The notes below the pieces were generated by a model. It was not told the DNA's origin. It ran no database searches and was given only the letters and a program-made list of their open reading frames with translations. DNA of 64,000 bases from Patescibacteria group bacterium (GTDB lineage: Bacteria > Patescibacteriota > Gracilibacteria > UBA1369 > UBA12470): NCBI GenBank assembly GCA_018816885.1, contig JAHIUS010000001.1, forward strand, positions 8,028-72,027, read 5' to 3'. Shown here in pieces: positions 60,069 to 64,000 of the stretch. A program made the translations under genes and the position numbers. How positions within the stretch are numbered: the first letter of the stretch is position 1; each line of letters begins with the position of its first letter.

Positions 60069-60734
60069 ATGGGAGTTGATTCATCGAGAAATATAGGCAA
60101 GGTTGTTGTGGTCGGTGCTGTTTTGGCTCTTTTCGAAGGGTGTGATCCTAATTTTGTTCTCCCGGGTTCAGGGCAGCCTGAAGTTGATATTGATGATTTT
60201 TCTGAAGATGTTGCTCATATTGTTCAGGAGATTGCGGATGGATGTGATGCTGTTCTTGAAAACCCTTCTAATTTTTGGGTGATAGAAGATGTTGATATTG
60301 ATACGGGGGAGGTATGGAGAGAGTCTACCCATGTTTTAGGGATGAAAGGTGATGATCAGGTTGATTGTGAGTGTTGGAAGAGTCTTGATGATGAGGTGCG
60401 TTTTCCTGTAATTTCCGTTAATGGCGATGAGGTTGAGTTTGACGAGAATGATCCCGTTTCCCCAACTTCGGGATGTGCTTTTTGGCTTGACCCTAATATT
60501 GATAGCGATAGCACTCATAAAACTGCTCTTATGGAAATGGATGAGTTGGGAGGGAAAGCTTGGATTGAAGAGGAGGTTGCAGATGATGAGTTTGATAGGG
60601 TTGAAGCTGTTTTGGATCAGGATGACTTAGGGTTGGGCAATGATTTTGTCAGTTATTATATGGATAGATTGGAAGATATCTCTTACGGGTCTCCTTATAC
60701 TTACGAGGAGGAGCATTTGTGGGGGTCTTTGTAG
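60069..60734 (+). CDS. Highly acidic putative lipoprotein (start corrected to MGVDSS)
   Basis: Hydrophobic stretch ending FEGC; TTGACT-17 bp-TATTTT upstream. Confidence 0.75.
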   Translation: MGVDSSRNIGKVVVVGAVLALFEGCDPNFVLPGSGQPEVDIDDFSEDVAHIVQEIADGCDAVLENPSNFWVIEDVDIDTGEVWRESTHVLGMKGDDQVDCECWKSLDDEVRFPVISVNGDEVEFDENDPVSPTSGCAFWLDPNIDSDSTHKTALMEMDELGGKAWIEEEVADDEFDRVEAVLDQDDLGLGNDFVSYYMDRLEDISYGSPYTYEEEHLWGSL

Positions 60735-60762
60735 GATGTAGGGGATAGGGTGTAGGGAGGCG

Positions 60763-60825
60763 GCGGAGCTTGGTTGTGTCAGTGAGGAGTTTGCGGATGC
60801 GGTTGAGGCTTGTGCGATTTTGTAA
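60763..60825 (+). pseudogene. 3' remnant paralogous to 59780-60016
   Basis: AELGCVSEEFADAVEACAIL* vs AELGCVSQEFADAVERCVRSD*; no in-frame start. Confidence 0.75.
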
Positions 60826-60889
60826 TGTTTTTTCGGATTGGCAAGCTTTGGTTGTTGATGTTTTTGGGGAAGTTTGTATGATTTAATAA

Positions 60890-61735
60890 ATGAAAATTAT
60901 GAACGTAAACAAACCAAAATTATCACCTGCTATCGCATTTGCTGTTGCTGCGTTGGCGGTTTCCGGGCTTGATTGTAATGGTGATGAGGTTCCTGAGGTG
61001 GAACAGAGTGCTGATGATATAACCGCAGATAGTCATTCGAAGGTTCAGTCTGCTTTAACAGATCTTCCGGTTGCTCTTCCTGACCCTCAGCCTCTTGATG
61101 GGAAAGAATTTCCCATTCATGAAAGAGGTGATGTTGTTGGGGTCCTTGATGATGGAACACGATTGGAGTTGGTGAAAAAAGGAGAGGTTTCTATTATTCG
61201 TGCCTTTTTGGATAATAGAAGGGCGAAATTCGAAAATTTATCTGATGAGCAGTGGGGCATGGTTTATGCTGCAACATCTTTCAAAGGTCTTCAGAGGCTA
61301 ACAGAGATTTTTATTGAACAAGGCATGGAAGATATTCGTAATGGAGATTCAGATGGTGATTACATAAGTGTTTTGATTGAAGGTCAAATAGATGAGTGTC
61401 CTGAATTTAGGTATAGGCGAAGTATGATGGTTGTTCCTGAGCTTCTTAGTGTTAAAGGATCTGAATGTGTTTGGGATGAATGGGATCCTCAGTGCGCTAG
61501 TGTTGTAGGTAAAAGTTTCGCGGCTTCTACGCTTGTTAAATGGGACGCTTTTTTGGATCCTGCAACGGGAGATTTTTCTGAATATCCAGTTGTTTTTAGT
61601 CCAGCGGGAGTAAAGTTTGCTACCCCAATACCTAAAGAATGGATTGCTACTCAAGCATCTTGTCCTGATCCTAATGGTGTTGTTTCGCAGTGGACGATAG
61701 TTGATGGAGAAATAGTGCCTGTTCTTAGTGAATAA
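60890..61735 (+). CDS. Putative secreted protein/lipoprotein
   Basis: Signal-like N-terminus ending SGLDC; acidic, several Cys. Confidence 0.78.
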   Translation: MKIMNVNKPKLSPAIAFAVAALAVSGLDCNGDEVPEVEQSADDITADSHSKVQSALTDLPVALPDPQPLDGKEFPIHERGDVVGVLDDGTRLELVKKGEVSIIRAFLDNRRAKFENLSDEQWGMVYAATSFKGLQRLTEIFIEQGMEDIRNGDSDGDYISVLIEGQIDECPEFRYRRSMMVVPELLSVKGSECVWDEWDPQCASVVGKSFAASTLVKWDAFLDPATGDFSEYPVVFSPAGVKFATPIPKEWIATQASCPDPNGVVSQWTIVDGEIVPVLSE

Positions 61736-61752
61736 GGTTTTGCGCAGATATT

Positions 61753-61808
61753 GTGTTTTTGCTTGCGCAAAAACACTTTTGTAGTTTGAGCCTCGTTATA
61801 CTCGGCTC
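61753..61808. repeat. Hairpin module B
   Basis: gtgtttttgc-ttgc-gcaaaaacac tttt gtagt tt gagcc...ggctc. Confidence 0.75.
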
Positions 61809-61885
61809 TTTTGTGCGCAAGCAGAATTTTATTCTGTTGCGCATATTTAATCTGGATTTAATGTCGTTGTGTTAGCATCAGGAGT

Positions 61886-63349
61886 ATGTTTAATAAATTT
61901 ACTTCTTTTCAGCTCGCGATTTTTGGGTTTTTGCTCGGGATTTTTGTTGCGGAGGACTTCTTTTTGGGGGCGCAAGGGGCGCAGTGGCTTGTTTTGGCTG
62001 CCGGGATTCTTTTTTGGGCGGCTATCAATTATAAGCTCAAGGTTATTTGGCTTTTTGCCGGGGTTGTTTTCGGGTGTTTTCGGTTTCTTGTTTCGATTCC
62101 GGACCTTGAAGATCCTTCTCAAATAGCTTTTTATAACGGCTCGGAATTTTCACTTGAAGGTGTGATTGTTCAGGAGGTTGATAGGAGGAGTGATTGCCAG
62201 AATGTTGCTTTAGAGATTGATGGTTTTGAAAGCAAGGTTCTTGTTAAATTGGGGCGGTATCCCGAGTATCAATATGGCGATAGAATTCGGGTTTACGGGG
62301 AGCTTCAGGCGCCGCATGAGTTTGAGGATTTTTCTTATAAAAACTATCTGTCGAGGTATGGGATTTATAGCGTGATGTATTATCCGTGGGTTAGCGAGGA
62401 GTCTCAAGTGTCAAGTACCAAGTGGGGGTTTTGGAGTTTAATGTTTGATTTTAAGGGAAAGTTTGAGCAGATTTTGAATGAAATTTTCCCCGAGCCTTCT
62501 TCGAGTCTGGCGGCGGGGATTTTGCTCGGGTCGCGAAGGGGGATTCCGGCGGAGGTTCAGGAGTATTTTCGGATTACGGGGCTTTCGCATATTGTGGCGA
62601 TTTCCGGGTACAATATTACGATTGTGATCGCTTTTGTTGGGGCTTTGCTTGCGTGGTTGCCGAAGCGTAAGCAGATTGTTTTTGCGAGTATTTTCGTGGT
62701 GCTTTTTACTTTGTTTGTTGGGGCTTCGGCGGCGGTTATTCGGGCTTCGATTATGGGTTTGATTGCGCTTTTTGCGGTTTGGTTCGGGCGCAGGAGTTTC
62801 GTTGATCGGTCGATGCTTTTGGCGGCTTTTTTGATGAATTTGTGGAATCCGAAAATCCTTGTTTGGGATGTTGGGTTTCAGCTGTCTTTTATGGCGACGC
62901 TTGGGCTGATTTATGTTTCTCCTCTTTTGGAAAAATTTGTTGAGCGAAGGTTGCCGTTTGTTTGGAAAGCTATTCCCGAGAGTTTTTGTATTCGAGAGTC
63001 GATTTTTTTGACTTGTTCGGCGCAGGTGACGGCTTTGCCGATTATTCTTCTGAATTTTGAGCAGCTTTCTTTGATTTCTCCTTTTGCGAATATGATGGTT
63101 GCTGTTTTGATTCCGTGGGCGATGCTGATTTCTTTTGTGGCGGTAGGTTTATATTGGATTGGGTTTCTGGGGCTTGGGCTGCTTATTGGTTATGTTGGGT
63201 GGTTTTTTCTTGAGGCGATTGTTTATATTGCGGAAAAATGCTCCGCTATCCCTTTTGCTTCTGTTGGGATTGGGTGGATTGAGGTTTGGATGGCCGGGCT
63301 CTATTTTTTGCTGCTTTGGAGGTTTTTAGATCAAAAATCTAAAATCTAA
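61886..63349 (+). CDS. comEC: ComEC/Rec2 competence membrane protein (no beta-lactamase domain)
   Basis: F.Y..YL...GI, GLSHIVAISGYN, RA.IMG, GFQLSF.AT. Confidence 0.95.
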   Translation: MFNKFTSFQLAIFGFLLGIFVAEDFFLGAQGAQWLVLAAGILFWAAINYKLKVIWLFAGVVFGCFRFLVSIPDLEDPSQIAFYNGSEFSLEGVIVQEVDRRSDCQNVALEIDGFESKVLVKLGRYPEYQYGDRIRVYGELQAPHEFEDFSYKNYLSRYGIYSVMYYPWVSEESQVSSTKWGFWSLMFDFKGKFEQILNEIFPEPSSSLAAGILLGSRRGIPAEVQEYFRITGLSHIVAISGYNITIVIAFVGALLAWLPKRKQIVFASIFVVLFTLFVGASAAVIRASIMGLIALFAVWFGRRSFVDRSMLLAAFLMNLWNPKILVWDVGFQLSFMATLGLIYVSPLLEKFVERRLPFVWKAIPESFCIRESIFLTCSAQVTALPIILLNFEQLSLISPFANMMVAVLIPWAMLISFVAVGLYWIGFLGLGLLIGYVGWFFLEAIVYIAEKCSAIPFASVGIGWIEVWMAGLYFLLLWRFLDQKSKI

Positions 63350-63397
63350 AATCAAAAATCAAAAATCTAAAATCAAAAATCTAAAATCTAAAATCAA
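63327..63397. repeat. (AAAATCW)n heptamer array containing the comEC stop codon
   Basis: aaaatct aaaatct aaaatca aaaatca aaaatct... Confidence 0.92.
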
Positions 63398-63417
63398 GGA
63401 GATCGATTAACTTTTAT

Positions 63418-63942
63418 CTATATTTCATAAATTCGAATCGGACAATAATTCTTTTCTCTAATTTTCGGTTCCTCATGAATCAGCTTCAGGTCGGGAATTT
63501 TGAAGGCGTATGAGACGATTTTTGTGCCTTTTTTGAGTTTTTTGAGCTCTTTTTGGAAGCGCTTGAGCGTTTCCGGCATCAGGTAGCATACTATTATATC
63601 TGCGTCTGAGATGTTTTGGGTGTAAAAGTTTCTGAGTTTTATTTTTGCTTTTGATCTCCAAAATGGTTGGCAGAATTTGGCCCAGGCGTAAACGAGAGGG
63701 GAGAGTTCGAATCCTACCGCGTTTGCCCCGTATTTTTTTGATGCGAGATGGACGAGTCTGCCGTCTCCGCATCCGAGGTCGTAGATTTTTTGTCCTTTCT
63801 TTATATCTGCCAACTCAAGCATCTTGCGGACTCTTGGCATTGGAGTCGGTACAAAAGGTGCTCCCCAAAGAAGTGCGTAAATCGTGGGGATTCCGATCAG
63901 TATGACTATTGCGATTTCGATAAGTAGAATTTTTATTTCCAT
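63418..63942 (-). CDS. Membrane-anchored class I SAM-dependent methyltransferase
   Basis: TM, APFVPT, YDLGCGDGR, CYL, G.KIVS..F. Confidence 0.9.
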   Translation of the reverse strand: MEIKILLIEIAIVILIGIPTIYALLWGAPFVPTPMPRVRKMLELADIKKGQKIYDLGCGDGRLVHLASKKYGANAVGFELSPLVYAWAKFCQPFWRSKAKIKLRNFYTQNISDADIIVCYLMPETLKRFQKELKKLKKGTKIVSYAFKIPDLKLIHEEPKIREKNYCPIRIYEI

Positions 63943-64000
63943 ACGGATAGAATACTTGCATGGTTCTTTAATCGCAATTTTATTTGAGTTTTTTTGTTGA

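Noticed and set aside
1..64000. Genetic code 25 (UGA=Gly) as in Gracilibacteria/SR1
   Set aside because: Conserved genes are full length under the standard code with no in-frame TGA

Overview
Core-genome window of a low-GC bacterium using the standard genetic code, most likely CPR/Patescibacteria (Peregrinibacteria-like). This assignment is an inference from the missing L30, SD-less starts, short HrcA and PsbP-like orphan. The minus strand from 1 to 32 kb carries an rpoB-(ssb, Ca/Na antiporter)-rpoC-str-S10-spc-alpha-rplM-rpsI supercluster, interrupted by orphan genes and internal sigma70-like promoters. It is followed by serS, hrcA-grpE-(hydrolase/GNAT)-dnaK with a CIRCE, gap, tsaC, rsmH-ftsL, fba, a PPi-dependent PFK, an ECF sigma with a FecR-type anti-sigma, mraY, a D,D-carboxypeptidase, a pseudouridine synthase, an LCP protein, three Cys/acid-rich lipoprotein-like ORFs and comEC. 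The most unusual signal is non-coding. Many intergenic gaps, including those inside the ribosomal operons, hold a modular dispersed repeat made of period-7 arrays plus several families of short covarying hairpins. These are almost all in one chromosomal orientation, often read with G-N-A loops on the minus strand, and sometimes supply start or stop codons. Also notable are a ~235-nt multi-stem ncRNA candidate after ftsL, a DnaA-box/NrdR-box cluster upstream of rsmH, and a G+T-rich plus strand that puts the ribosomal cluster on the A+C-rich strand. No rRNA, tRNA, CRISPR array or transposase was recognised.
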